35,327 bases of DNA from Limisphaerales bacterium (GTDB lineage Bacteria; Verrucomicrobiota; Verrucomicrobiia; Limisphaerales; UBA11358), in contig JAYVCM010000148.1 in assembly GCA_043749955.1 (NCBI GenBank), forward strand, positions 1 through 35,327, written 5' to 3'. The notes under the pieces were generated by a model that ran no database searches, was not told the origin of the DNA, and saw only the letters and a program-made list of their open reading frames with translations. The position numbers and the translations under genes are program-made. Positions 10,726 to 18,524 of the stretch are shown in pieces. Positions within the stretch are counted from its first letter, which is position 1. Each line of letters opens with the position of its first letter.

Positions 10726-10981
10726 CGGGCGAAGACATTTGTCTGGCAACCAGCAAATCAATTTCCCCGCGATGATCCTCGTAATAGGCGAGGCACTCAT
10801 AGACCTGCGCCTTCGTCAAATCGGGAAAGCAAGTGACCGTGACGGTGTCCACCGTCTCGCCGTTTTGGAGCAGCCCGATGACGTCATGCACGCCGATGCG
10901 CGTGCCTTCAACAATGGCATGGCCGCCGCGCACTCCCGGCTTGCGGGTGATATACCGGTAATTGTCTGCAACGATTGCCAT
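10703..10981 (-). CDS. DUF433 domain antitoxin (VapB45-like)
   Basis: ITRKPGVRGGHAIVEGTRIGVHDVI...FPDLTKAQVYECLAYY is the DUF433 signature. Confidence 0.9.
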   Translation of the reverse strand: MAIVADNYRYITRKPGVRGGHAIVEGTRIGVHDVIGLLQNGETVDTVTVTCFPDLTKAQVYECLAYYEDHRGEIDLLVARQMSSPDENDLSA

Positions 10982-10988
10982 GGGAAAA

Positions 10989-11016
10989 GTTATAGCACGC
11001 TCTTCAAAACATTCAA
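10989..11016 (-). promoter_or_regulatory. Putative sigma70 promoter for the DUF433/DUF5615 pair (likely leaderless)
   Basis: TTGAAT-16 nt-TATAAC with a TGn extension, ending 7 nt before ATG 10981; no Shine-Dalgarno. Confidence 0.5.
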
Positions 11017-11044
11017 GCACCGCTCATTTTCCTTTGGCGTGCCG
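10990..11044 (-). pseudogene. Diverged orphan copy of the last 17 codons plus stop of hisC
   Basis: Translates GTPKENERCLNVLKSVL* versus hisC GTPKENERCLDALKAVL*; 44/55 nt identical to 11241-11295 by manual alignment, no indels. Confidence 0.85.
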
Positions 11045-11064
11045 GAGCGACAGGGCCGGCAAGC

Positions 11065-11195
11065 GTAGGACAGGCGTCGCGCCTGTCTCCATCTAAAATA
11101 TCAACCCACTGTCCGACAGTGAACGTGGGGTTGAAAAAACTGAAAAAATTGTCGGGGCGGAATGAAGTTAGAGACAGGCGCGACGCCCATCCTAC
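11065..11195. repeat. REPIN-like inverted pair (GTAG family)
   Basis: GTAGGACAGGCGTCGCGCCTGTCTC ... GAGACAGGCGCGACGCCCATCCTAC, with inner palindrome CACTGTCCGACAGTG. Confidence 0.85.
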
Positions 11196-11240
11196 TGCAT
11201 CGTTCCGGCTTAAACATTTTTAAGGTGCCAATTTGGCATC

Positions 11241-12323
11241 TTAAAGAACTGCCTTCAAAGCATCCAGACATCGCTCATTTTCCTTGGGCGTGCCGATGGA
11301 GATGCGGATCCATTCCGGCAATTGATAACCGCCCATCGGACGCGTGATGACACCCTGCTTTTGCATCGCATCAAAAACTTTCTGGCCTTCGCCGACGCGC
11401 ACCAGAATGAAATTGGCGTAGGACGGGACGAATTCGAGTTTCAATTCACGAAACGCCTTCATGCAAAACTCCAGGCCGTTGAAATTGTTCTGGCGCGTCT
11501 TGCGGACGTGGTCGTCGTCGTCCAAGGCGGCGAGCGCGGCGGTTTGCGCGAGCAGGTTGGCGTTGAACGGCTGGCGGATTTTTTCCAGCGCGGTGGCGAG
11601 TTCGGGTGCGGCGATGCCGTAACCGATGCGTAATCCGGCCAGTCCGTAAATCTTCGAGAACGTCCGCATCAGGATCAGATTTTTCCGCACGCCAAGCCGG
11701 ATGAGCGGAACCAGGTCCACCGCGTCGTCGAGAAACTCGATGTAAGCCTCATCCATCACCAGCAGCACGTCGTCCGGAATGTCATTGACGAACTGGATGA
11801 CTTCCTCGCGCGGCGCGAGCGTGCCGGTCGGGTTGTTCGGATTCGCCACGAAAACAATCCGCGTCTTCGGCGTGATGGCCCGAAGCATTGCCGGCAAATC
11901 GTGGCCATATTTTTTTGCTGGCACCGTGATGACGTCCGCGCCCGTCATCTTGGCGACGATGGGATAGATGGCGAAACAGAACTGCGACACGATGATGTTG
12001 GTGTCCGGCCCCAGCAGGGCGTGCGCGACGAACTCGATGATTTCATTCGAGCCGTTGCCGAGGACGAGGTTCGCCGTCTCCACGCCGAGTTTGGCCGCAA
12101 GTTTTTGCTTCAGGTAAAACGCGTTGCCGTCGGGGTAAAGATTCACATGCGGAACCGCCTTCAGCATCGCGGCGATGGCGAGCGGCGACGGGCCAAACGG
12201 ATTTTCATTCGACGCCACCTTGATGATGCTGGCGGCGGGCAGGCCGAGTTCGCGCGCGACTTCTTCAATCGGGCGGCCCGGCTGATACACCGGCAAAGTT
12301 TTGAGAAATGGATTAAGGTGCAT
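11241..12323 (-). CDS. hisC: Histidinol-phosphate aminotransferase
   Basis: KVASNENPFGPSP, GNGSNEII, ANPNNPTG, DEAYIEF, RTFSKIYGLAGLRIGY (PLP lysine), RISIGTPKEN. Confidence 0.95.
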   Translation of the reverse strand: MHLNPFLKTLPVYQPGRPIEEVARELGLPAASIIKVASNENPFGPSPLAIAAMLKAVPHVNLYPDGNAFYLKQKLAAKLGVETANLVLGNGSNEIIEFVAHALLGPDTNIIVSQFCFAIYPIVAKMTGADVITVPAKKYGHDLPAMLRAITPKTRIVFVANPNNPTGTLAPREEVIQFVNDIPDDVLLVMDEAYIEFLDDAVDLVPLIRLGVRKNLILMRTFSKIYGLAGLRIGYGIAAPELATALEKIRQPFNANLLAQTAALAALDDDDHVRKTRQNNFNGLEFCMKAFRELKLEFVPSYANFILVRVGEGQKVFDAMQKQGVITRPMGGYQLPEWIRISIGTPKENERCLDALKAVL

Positions 12324-12329
12324 GAAATT

Positions 12330-12812
12330 TTAACCGGTAGATTTGCGGGCTTTTAATTTTGCCAGAAAGGCCCGGCCTTCCTTGGTCAGTTCGGGAAACA
12401 CTTCCAATCCCTCGGCCACGGCGAGGGCTTTTAGATTTTCGTCGAAGGAAAGAATCCGCGTCGCTCCGGCCAAAATCGCCGAGGCGAGCAACGCGACGTC
12501 AAATGTGCCAACGGTGGCATGGGGCGAGTATTTTTCAAACAGGCGGAAACTTTCGCGGCGCAACAAATCCCAGTTCATCGGGTCGAGGTAAAAGCGCCCG
12601 GAAAAACCTTCCTGCAATTCCTGCCACTCCTCGGGATCGGCGGAGCGGGTGATCCGGGAAAACACGTTGCGCGTTTCGAGCAGAACGATGTGGGAGATGC
12701 CGACCATCCCCGGATGGCGGCGGTGAAAACGTTCCACAATGACGCGGCGCTCCTTTTCCTCCTCGACGTGGACAAACATCGCCTCGAGCCAGTTGGTGTC
12801 GGCAAAATTCAT
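12330..12812 (-). CDS. PIN domain protein (VapC-like toxin)
   Basis: N-terminal FADTN, LLETRN, FDVALLASA and LSFD give the acidic PIN pattern; ATGA overlap with the upstream small gene. Confidence 0.85.
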   Translation of the reverse strand: MNFADTNWLEAMFVHVEEEKERRVIVERFHRRHPGMVGISHIVLLETRNVFSRITRSADPEEWQELQEGFSGRFYLDPMNWDLLRRESFRLFEKYSPHATVGTFDVALLASAILAGATRILSFDENLKALAVAEGLEVFPELTKEGRAFLAKLKARKSTG

Positions 12813-13012
12813 CGGTTCAACCGGCGGAGTTCATCGGCGGCGGAGCGCTTGACCCGGCGGCGCGGCCTGGCAAAAAATTCATCCCAGCCGTGCGACTGCT
12901 CGCCGACGGCATTCTCAATCAGGCTGTTGATCCAGCGGTTCAGGTTGCCGCCGGCGCGCTTCTGCAACTGCGCCTTGGGAATCGTGGGCCGGATGGTGAT
13001 GGTTTCTTGCAT
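12809..13012 (-). CDS. Small putative antitoxin (ribbon-helix-helix-like)
   Basis: 67 aa, MQETITIR...NLNRWINSLIE; translationally coupled (ATGA) directly upstream of the PIN gene. Confidence 0.7.
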   Translation of the reverse strand: MQETITIRPTIPKAQLQKRAGGNLNRWINSLIENAVGEQSHGWDEFFARPRRRVKRSAADELRRLNR

Positions 13013-13025
13013 ACAGGGTATGTAA
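13007..13025. promoter_or_regulatory. Possible autoregulatory operator palindrome over the antitoxin start
   Basis: TTGCATAC-AGG-GTATGTAA (7/8 pairs) overlaps ATG 13012; a TTGACA lies just upstream on the minus strand. Confidence 0.35.
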
Positions 13026-13053
13026 CACAATGTCAGCCGCTGTCAAAACTGTT

Positions 13054-14148
13054 TCAGAGCGACTCGATTATTTTTTTTACGTTGATGTGCTTCGCGACGA
13101 TGTCGCGGATGAGCGAGATTTTTTCCGCGTCAGCGGGCCGCGTCTTGACGATAGTGTCGTGAACCTTGGACGCGACCAGATAGCTGTCCGCCTTGGCGAG
13201 CAGCACGGGAATCGGCATGGTTTTCAGCGCCTTCATCACGTTTTCGCTTGGACGCAAACCGCCGGTGAGGACGATGCCCGCCATGTTTTCCGGGTTGCCG
13301 GATGTCGTCGTCGCGCCGGCGGCGAGCAAAATATCTTCGCGGTCGCCGGGCGTGATGAGCAGCACGCCGCGCTTGAAATGCTGCATGGCGTTCTGCGCGC
13401 CCATCGCGCCGACCACGACGTCGTCCACGAGCGTGTTCAACGTCGGCGGCGTGTTCAGCAGTTCGGCGCGCAGCTCCTCGGCGATCAATCCCACCGTCGG
13501 CTGCGACAGGATGTGGTGATGCGGCAAAACGCCGAGCAGTTCGAGGCCCTTGCGTTTGAGTCCGCTGCGGACGAACCGGGTGATCTCCGGGATTTTCGAT
13601 TCGTGAACCTTGTTGATGATGACGCCGATGATCTCGACGCCTTCTTTTTCAAACAGCGCCTGGTTCAGCGAGACTTCATCAATCGGTTTGCCGATGCCGC
13701 CCTGCGAAACAATGATGACCTTGCAGCCGAGAATTTTCGCCACCTGCGCGTTGGACAAATCGAACACCGAGCCGACGCCGGCGTGGCCGCTGCCTTCGCA
13801 CAGGACAAAATCTTTTTCCCACGAAACACGGTCGAAGGAGTTCTGGATTTTTTTGACGAGCGCCTCGTTGTTCGCGCTGGTGAGGTATTTGCGCGTGAAC
13901 GCCGGCTCCACGGCGATGGGGCTCATGTCCACCAGCGGGCAGTCGAGATGATACACCGAATCCATCAGCACGGAGTCCTCGTCAATCTTCTGCTCCTCGA
14001 TCTCCACGAAGCGCTGGCCGACGGGCTTGATGTAGCCGATGCGCGGAAAATATTTTTGCAGCGCGGCGATGAGGCCGAGCGAGGCGGTGGTCTTGCCTTC
14101 GTTCTGGCGCGTGGCGGCGATGAAGACGCGCGGCGTGGTGGTGTTCAT
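13054..14148 (-). CDS. BioD-like P-loop (AAA_26) + DRTGG domain protein (stand-alone Pta N-terminal module)
   Basis: FIAATRQNEGKTT, IGYIKPVG, VLCEGSG, LLITPGDREDI, GIVLTGG. Confidence 0.87.
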   Translation of the reverse strand: MNTTTPRVFIAATRQNEGKTTASLGLIAALQKYFPRIGYIKPVGQRFVEIEEQKIDEDSVLMDSVYHLDCPLVDMSPIAVEPAFTRKYLTSANNEALVKKIQNSFDRVSWEKDFVLCEGSGHAGVGSVFDLSNAQVAKILGCKVIIVSQGGIGKPIDEVSLNQALFEKEGVEIIGVIINKVHESKIPEITRFVRSGLKRKGLELLGVLPHHHILSQPTVGLIAEELRAELLNTPPTLNTLVDDVVVGAMGAQNAMQHFKRGVLLITPGDREDILLAAGATTTSGNPENMAGIVLTGGLRPSENVMKALKTMPIPVLLAKADSYLVASKVHDTIVKTRPADAEKISLIRDIVAKHINVKKIIESL

Positions 14149-14154
14149 GAGTTA

Positions 14155-14192
14155 ATGCGTGATGCGTGAAACGTGATTCACGCATCACGCAT
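14155..14192. repeat. Heptamer-built perfect inverted repeat in a short intergenic gap
   Basis: ATGCGTGATGCGTGAA-6 nt-TTCACGCATCACGCAT (16-bp perfect arms made of GCGTGAW units). Confidence 0.8.
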
Positions 14193-14198
14193 CATAAA

Positions 14199-15254
14199 TC
14201 ATTCCCCCGGCAGTTTCGCGTCCGCGCCCGGATACAGCTTTTGATAGTCGGTGGACTGCACCGCCACAATCGCCGCGAGGCCGAGGATGTCATGTGCGGT
14301 CGCCCCGCGCGAACAATCGGCGGCGGGCCGGTTGAGGCCGAGCAGAATCTGGCCGTAGGAATTCGCGCGACCGACCAGGCCGACGAGCTTGCTCGCGATG
14401 TTGCCGGAATTCAGGTCGGGAAAAATCAGCACGTTCGCGCGGCCCGCGACCTGGCTGTCGTGCAGTTTGCGCGAGGCGATTTCCGGCACGAGCGCGGCGT
14501 CCACCTGCAGCTCGCCATCGAAGTCCGCTTCAAGAGACAAATTTGCCGCCTTGCGCCGGGCCTGCGCCGTGGCCGCCTGCATCCGGCCGACGGACGGATG
14601 CGCCGCGCTGCTGCCCTTCGTGGAAAAGGAAAGCAACGCCACGCGCGGGCGGATGCCAAGGAGGTGCCGCGCCAGCCGCGCCGTGGACACCGCGATGTCG
14701 GCGAGCTGCTCCACGTTGGGTTCGGGAATCACGCCGCAGTCCGCCATGAACAGCACGCCCTTTTCGCCGATGCGCGTGTCCTCGACCTCCATGACCATGC
14801 AGCTTGAGGCCGTGTGGATGTCCGGCGCGACCTTGATGATCTGGAACAGCGGACGCAGCAAACTGCTCGTGATGTGCGACGCGCCGGACACCACGCCGTC
14901 CGCCTGGTGCATCGCCAGCATCATCGTGCCGAAATAATTCGGCTGCAGCATCGCCTCGCGCGCCTCCGTCGGGCGCAGGCCTTTTTCCCGGCGCAACGAA
15001 TGGAACCGTTTGGAGAAATTTTCCAATTCCTCGCTGGTCGCCGGGTTGATGATGCGGATGCCTTCGAGCGAAATGTTCAACTCCTGGGCCAGCGCCGACA
15101 CTTTGGCCTGGTCGCCGAGGAGGATGGGCGCGCCGAGACGCAGCGCATGGAACTGCCGCGCCGCCTGCAAAATGCGCGGTTCGTCGCCTTCAGGAAAGAC
15201 GATCCGCTTGGGATGCCGCTGCAGTTTTTCGATGACATTGCCGATGAAACGCAT
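14199..15254 (-). CDS. pta: Phosphate acetyltransferase (catalytic PTA/PTB domain only)
   Basis: KRIVFPEGDEPRIL, FMADCGV, VALLSFSTKGS, DGELQVDAAL, VAGRANVLIFPDLNSGNI, DCSRG. Confidence 0.88.
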   Translation of the reverse strand: MRFIGNVIEKLQRHPKRIVFPEGDEPRILQAARQFHALRLGAPILLGDQAKVSALAQELNISLEGIRIINPATSEELENFSKRFHSLRREKGLRPTEAREAMLQPNYFGTMMLAMHQADGVVSGASHITSSLLRPLFQIIKVAPDIHTASSCMVMEVEDTRIGEKGVLFMADCGVIPEPNVEQLADIAVSTARLARHLLGIRPRVALLSFSTKGSSAAHPSVGRMQAATAQARRKAANLSLEADFDGELQVDAALVPEIASRKLHDSQVAGRANVLIFPDLNSGNIASKLVGLVGRANSYGQILLGLNRPAADCSRGATAHDILGLAAIVAVQSTDYQKLYPGADAKLPGE

Positions 15255-15310
15255 GGGCGTAAGTTAGCGGTGAAAGGCGAAACTGCAAAATCAATTTGCC
15301 GGCGGAAAAT

Positions 15311-15364
15311 GCTGGAGTCCAAGCTTCAGCTTGTTCCCGGACAGGCTAAAGCCTGAACTCCAGC
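15311..15364. repeat. Compact REP-like inverted pair
   Basis: GCTGGAGTCCAAGCTTCAGCTTGT ... ACAGGCTAAAGCCTGAACTCCAGC between divergent genes. Confidence 0.7.
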
Positions 15365-15412
15365 AATGCGCGGATTGACTTGAGCTGTTTCGCTGACTAG
15401 CCTTTAGCCCGA

Positions 15413-16141
15413 ATGCAGGAAATCATCGAGAAGCTTCTTATTTTGCAGGAACGCGACCGGAAAATTCTCCGCGTCACCCACGAACTCGCCCACATCGGCC
15501 CCGAACGCGAAGGGCTGATCGCCAAGGCCGCCGCCACGCAAGGCCAGCTTGAGGCGGCGAAATTGCGCGGGAAACAGATCGAATCCGAACGCAAACAACG
15601 CGACCTCGAGATCGAAAGCAAGAAAACGCAGATTGAGAAATACGCCAACCAGCAGTTGCTGACGCGCAAGAACGAGGAATACAAGGCGCTCGCCCACGAA
15701 ATCGAAATGGCGAAGGAGGCGATTTTCAAGATCGAGGACCAGGAAATTATTTTGATGGAACAGGCCGAGGCCGCGCAGAAGGAAGTCGCCCGCGCGACGA
15801 CCGAAGCCGCCGCCGCGAAGAAACTCGTGGACGACCAGATCGGCAAGCTGAATGAGCGCGAAGTGAATCTGAAAAAAGAACTCGCCGAAGTGCAAGGCAC
15901 CCGCGCCCAGGCCGCGTCCGCCGTGGACGAACCCACGCGCAACCGCTACGAACGGATCCTCAAGAGCAAGGGCGAGAACGTGGTGGTGGGCGTGGAACAC
16001 AGTTCCTGCGGCGGCTGCCACATGAAATTGCAGGCGCAGATCCTGGTAAGCTGCCAGTCGCAAAACGACCTCGTGACCTGCACGAACTGCGGCCGGATTC
16101 TGTATTTCACCCGCGACATGATTTTGACGGCGGCGGATTAA
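15413..16141 (+). CDS. Coiled-coil protein with C-terminal C4 zinc ribbon (DUF164/CT398/HP0958-like)
   Basis: Long heptad region, KNEEYKALAHEI, CGGCHM...CTNCGRILY. Confidence 0.9.
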   Translation: MQEIIEKLLILQERDRKILRVTHELAHIGPEREGLIAKAAATQGQLEAAKLRGKQIESERKQRDLEIESKKTQIEKYANQQLLTRKNEEYKALAHEIEMAKEAIFKIEDQEIILMEQAEAAQKEVARATTEAAAAKKLVDDQIGKLNEREVNLKKELAEVQGTRAQAASAVDEPTRNRYERILKSKGENVVVGVEHSSCGGCHMKLQAQILVSCQSQNDLVTCTNCGRILYFTRDMILTAAD

Positions 16142-16147
16142 GCTCCG

Positions 16148-16390
16148 ATGAAAACTGACAAAGACATTTTGAAAGCTGTCTTTGTTGGTTTGTTTTGCCT
16201 GGTATTTTTCATTGCATCTATTCTGGTAGCTTTTTCGGCGCATCACTACCAAGCTCTTAACCAGCCTATGCCAAATGGAAAAGGTGGATTTATGACTTTT
16301 CGAGATGGCTATCAAATCGCTTTTGTATGCTTCCTGATTTCCATCGTTTATCTCATAGCTACATACAGATCTTGGCATTCGAAATCCTGA
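16148..16390 (+). CDS. Small hypothetical membrane protein, AT-rich
   Basis: 80-aa ORF with two hydrophobic segments that fills the gap between two genes; visibly lower GC than its neighbours. Confidence 0.6.
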   Translation: MKTDKDILKAVFVGLFCLVFFIASILVAFSAHHYQALNQPMPNGKGGFMTFRDGYQIAFVCFLISIVYLIATYRSWHSKS

Positions 16391-16395
16391 TTTTT

Positions 16396-17703
16396 TTAGG
16401 CCGGTTGCTTCGCCAGCATTTCCATGATGTCCGCCGGCGCGCGTTGGTTTTGCAGCAGCCAGCCCATCGTCTTCATGTGCGGGTCAACGTGGTTGAAAAA
16501 CTTTTTGTAGGCGGCGCACAGATAATTCAACCCGTCCTCGCCATCGGGCGTCTGGATGAAACGGTGCTTGGGACATTCACCGTTGCAGGCGAAACGCACC
16601 TCGCACTCGCGGCAGAATTTCGGAAGCGAATCCAGCTTGTCGCTGCCGAACTTCAACTGCTCTGGCGAGTTCACCATGGCGCCGAGGCTGTGGTTCATCA
16701 CGTTGCCGAGCTTGTGGCGCGGATAAACATAGTGGTCGCAGCTATACAGGTCGCCGTTGTGTTCGATGGCCAGCGCCGCGCCGCACTTCTCCGCAAAGAC
16801 GCAGAGCGACGATCCCAGCCCCAGCCAGTTGCCGAGCGCCACGTCGAACAACTGCACAAAAGTTTTGCCGACATCGTGCCGCACCCATTCGTCAAAGATC
16901 GCGCAAAGAAAATTTCCGTATTGCGCCGCCTCCACGCTCCACGGTGTGACTGGCAACGGAGCGCGGGCCTCCGGCACGGCATGTTGGTGTGCATCCCCTA
17001 ACGAGCCGTGCCGGAGGCCGGCGTTCCGTGGCAACGGTGGCGCGGCGAAATCGTAGCCGGCCGCTTTCATGTCCGCCGGGGCCGCGCGTTCGACGAGTGG
17101 GATGAACTGGATGAACTGGCTGCCGATGCTTTTGAGGAAACGATAAACCTCCAGCGGCGACTGCGAATTCGCGCGGTTGACCACGGTGAGCGTGTTGAAC
17201 TCCACACCGTGCTTCTGGAGCAGTTCCAGTCCCCGCATCACCGCGCCAAACGTCGGCTGCTGGCGTTTGTCCACGCGGTATTGGTCGTGCAGTTCCGCCG
17301 GGCCATCAATCGAAAGGCCGACGAGAAATTTATTTTGCGCGAGAAACTCGCACCACTCGTCATCGAGCAACGTGCCGTTCGTCTGGATGGCGTTGAAAAT
17401 GGTTTTGCCGTCCGCGAATTTTTCCTGAAGCGCAATCACCTTGCGGAAAAAATCCACGCCGAGCAGCGTCGGTTCCCCGCCCTGCCACGCGAAGTTGATT
17501 TCCGGCACGGGCTGGCTCCCGATGTATTGGCGGATGTATTCCGTCAGCACGGCGTCGCTCATGCGCCACTGGTTTTCGTCCGGATACATTTTCTCTTTCT
17601 CGAGATAGAAGCAGTATGTGCAATCGAGGTTGCAGAGCGGGCCGATGGGTTTCGTCAAAACATGAAACCCGTGTCCGGCGCTGGTGTTGGGCGGCTGGTT
17701 CAC
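16396..17703 (-). CDS. Anaerobic sulfatase maturase (radical SAM/SPASM, AslB/ChuR-like) with an in-frame REP insertion
   Basis: KPIGPLCNLDCTYCFY, WQGGEPTL, QTNGTLL, SIDGP, SPASM YSCDHYV and CRECEVRFACNGECPKHR. Start taken as GTG 17703 because the upstream ORF extension runs through a REP. Confidence 0.92.
   Translation of the reverse strand: MNQPPNTSAGHGFHVLTKPIGPLCNLDCTYCFYLEKEKMYPDENQWRMSDAVLTEYIRQYIGSQPVPEINFAWQGGEPTLLGVDFFRKVIALQEKFADGKTIFNAIQTNGTLLDDEWCEFLAQNKFLVGLSIDGPAELHDQYRVDKRQQPTFGAVMRGLELLQKHGVEFNTLTVVNRANSQSPLEVYRFLKSIGSQFIQFIPLVERAAPADMKAAGYDFAAPPLPRNAGLRHGSLGDAHQHAVPEARAPLPVTPWSVEAAQYGNFLCAIFDEWVRHDVGKTFVQLFDVALGNWLGLGSSLCVFAEKCGAALAIEHNGDLYSCDHYVYPRHKLGNVMNHSLGAMVNSPEQLKFGSDKLDSLPKFCRECEVRFACNGECPKHRFIQTPDGEDGLNYLCAAYKKFFNHVDPHMKTMGWLLQNQRAPADIMEMLAKQPA
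16951..17037. repeat. Intragenic REP doublet (GGAG family B) flanked by a 9-bp direct repeat
   Basis: GGAGCGCGGGCCTCCGGCACGGC ... GCCGTGCCGGAGGCCGGCGTTCC (16958-17027). TGGCAACGG at 16951 and 17029 (78-bp period). Same family as 34322-34392. Confidence 0.85.
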
Positions 17704-17759
17704 GCGGCGCGAAGATAAATTTATTTCCGGCGGGAAGCAAACGCGGATGCAATTTGGCC

Positions 17760-17884
17760 GGAGCGCGGCTGGGTCGTCCTCGACCAGCCGCAGCGCATCC
17801 GGGAGTCGAGTGGTGTGGAGTTCTCCTGCGCGCCTGGCGATGCGAAGCTGCTGCGGCTGGTCGAGGACGACCCAGCCGCGCTCC
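17760..17884. repeat. REPIN-like inverted REP pair (GGAG family A)
   Basis: GGAGCGCGGCTGGGTCGTCCTCGACCAGCCGCAGC with its exact reverse complement at the right end; matches 6498-6599. Confidence 0.9.
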
Positions 17885-17952
17885 GTTTGCAAATTAGGCC
17901 GCTGCCGTCATTTCAGCTTTGAACGCGCGCGGGGTTGCTGCTTAACTGCGGC

Positions 17953-18366
17953 ATGAATTACTGGCTCGCCAAATCGGAACCCGCAGCCTACGCGTGGGCG
18001 CAACTGGTGAAGGACGGCAAGGTGGCGTGGACGGGCGTCCGCAATTTCCAGGCGCGAAATAATCTGCGCGCTATGAAAAAGGGCGACCTCGTCTGCTTTT
18101 ATCACAGCGTGAGCGAGAAGCAGGTCGTAGGCGTGGCCCGCGTGGCGCGGGAATTCTATCCCGACGCGACCGCCACCGAGGGCGACTGGTCGTGCGTGGA
18201 TCTGGAGCCGGTGACGGCGTTGAAAATCCCCGTGACGCTCGCCGCCATCAAGGCCGACCCGGTCTTGCAGGCGATGCCGCTGGTGAAACAATCGCGCCTC
18301 TCGGTCACGCCGCTGACGCCGCCGCAGTTCGTGCGGCTGCTGGCGCTGGCGGGGACGAAAATCTGA
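17953..18366 (+). CDS. EVE domain protein
   Basis: MNYWLAKSEP, WTGVRNFQARNNLRAMKKGD, FYHS, SRLSVTP. Confidence 0.93.
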   Translation: MNYWLAKSEPAAYAWAQLVKDGKVAWTGVRNFQARNNLRAMKKGDLVCFYHSVSEKQVVGVARVAREFYPDATATEGDWSCVDLEPVTALKIPVTLAAIKADPVLQAMPLVKQSRLSVTPLTPPQFVRLLALAGTKI

Positions 18367-18402
18367 AGCGCCAAAGTGGGATCATGCCTTTGACAGATCG
18401 CC

Positions 18403-18437
18403 TGTCGCCAAATCGTGTCGCCAAATCGTGTCGCCAA
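18403..18437 (+). repeat. 13-bp tandem repeat (about 2.7 copies)
   Basis: TGTCGCCAAATCG TGTCGCCAAATCG TGTCGCCAA upstream of glgC. Confidence 0.85.
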
Positions 18438-18524
18438 TTATTTCTTCGCGAAACTGAATCTGCGGCTTGCTTCGCAACGGCAATCGGCGTTAAATCTTTT
18501 TCAGCACTTCAACCAAAACTTTTT

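Noticed and set aside
17704-17892. N-terminal extension of the maturase ORF in the ORF track
   Set aside because: It is translation through the REPIN at 17760-17884; family similarity begins only after GTG 17703, which has its own upstream -10-like box.
18192-18524. N-terminal extension of glgC in the ORF track
   Set aside because: Overlaps the EVE gene in another frame and crosses a tandem repeat; GlgC motifs start just after ATG 18525.
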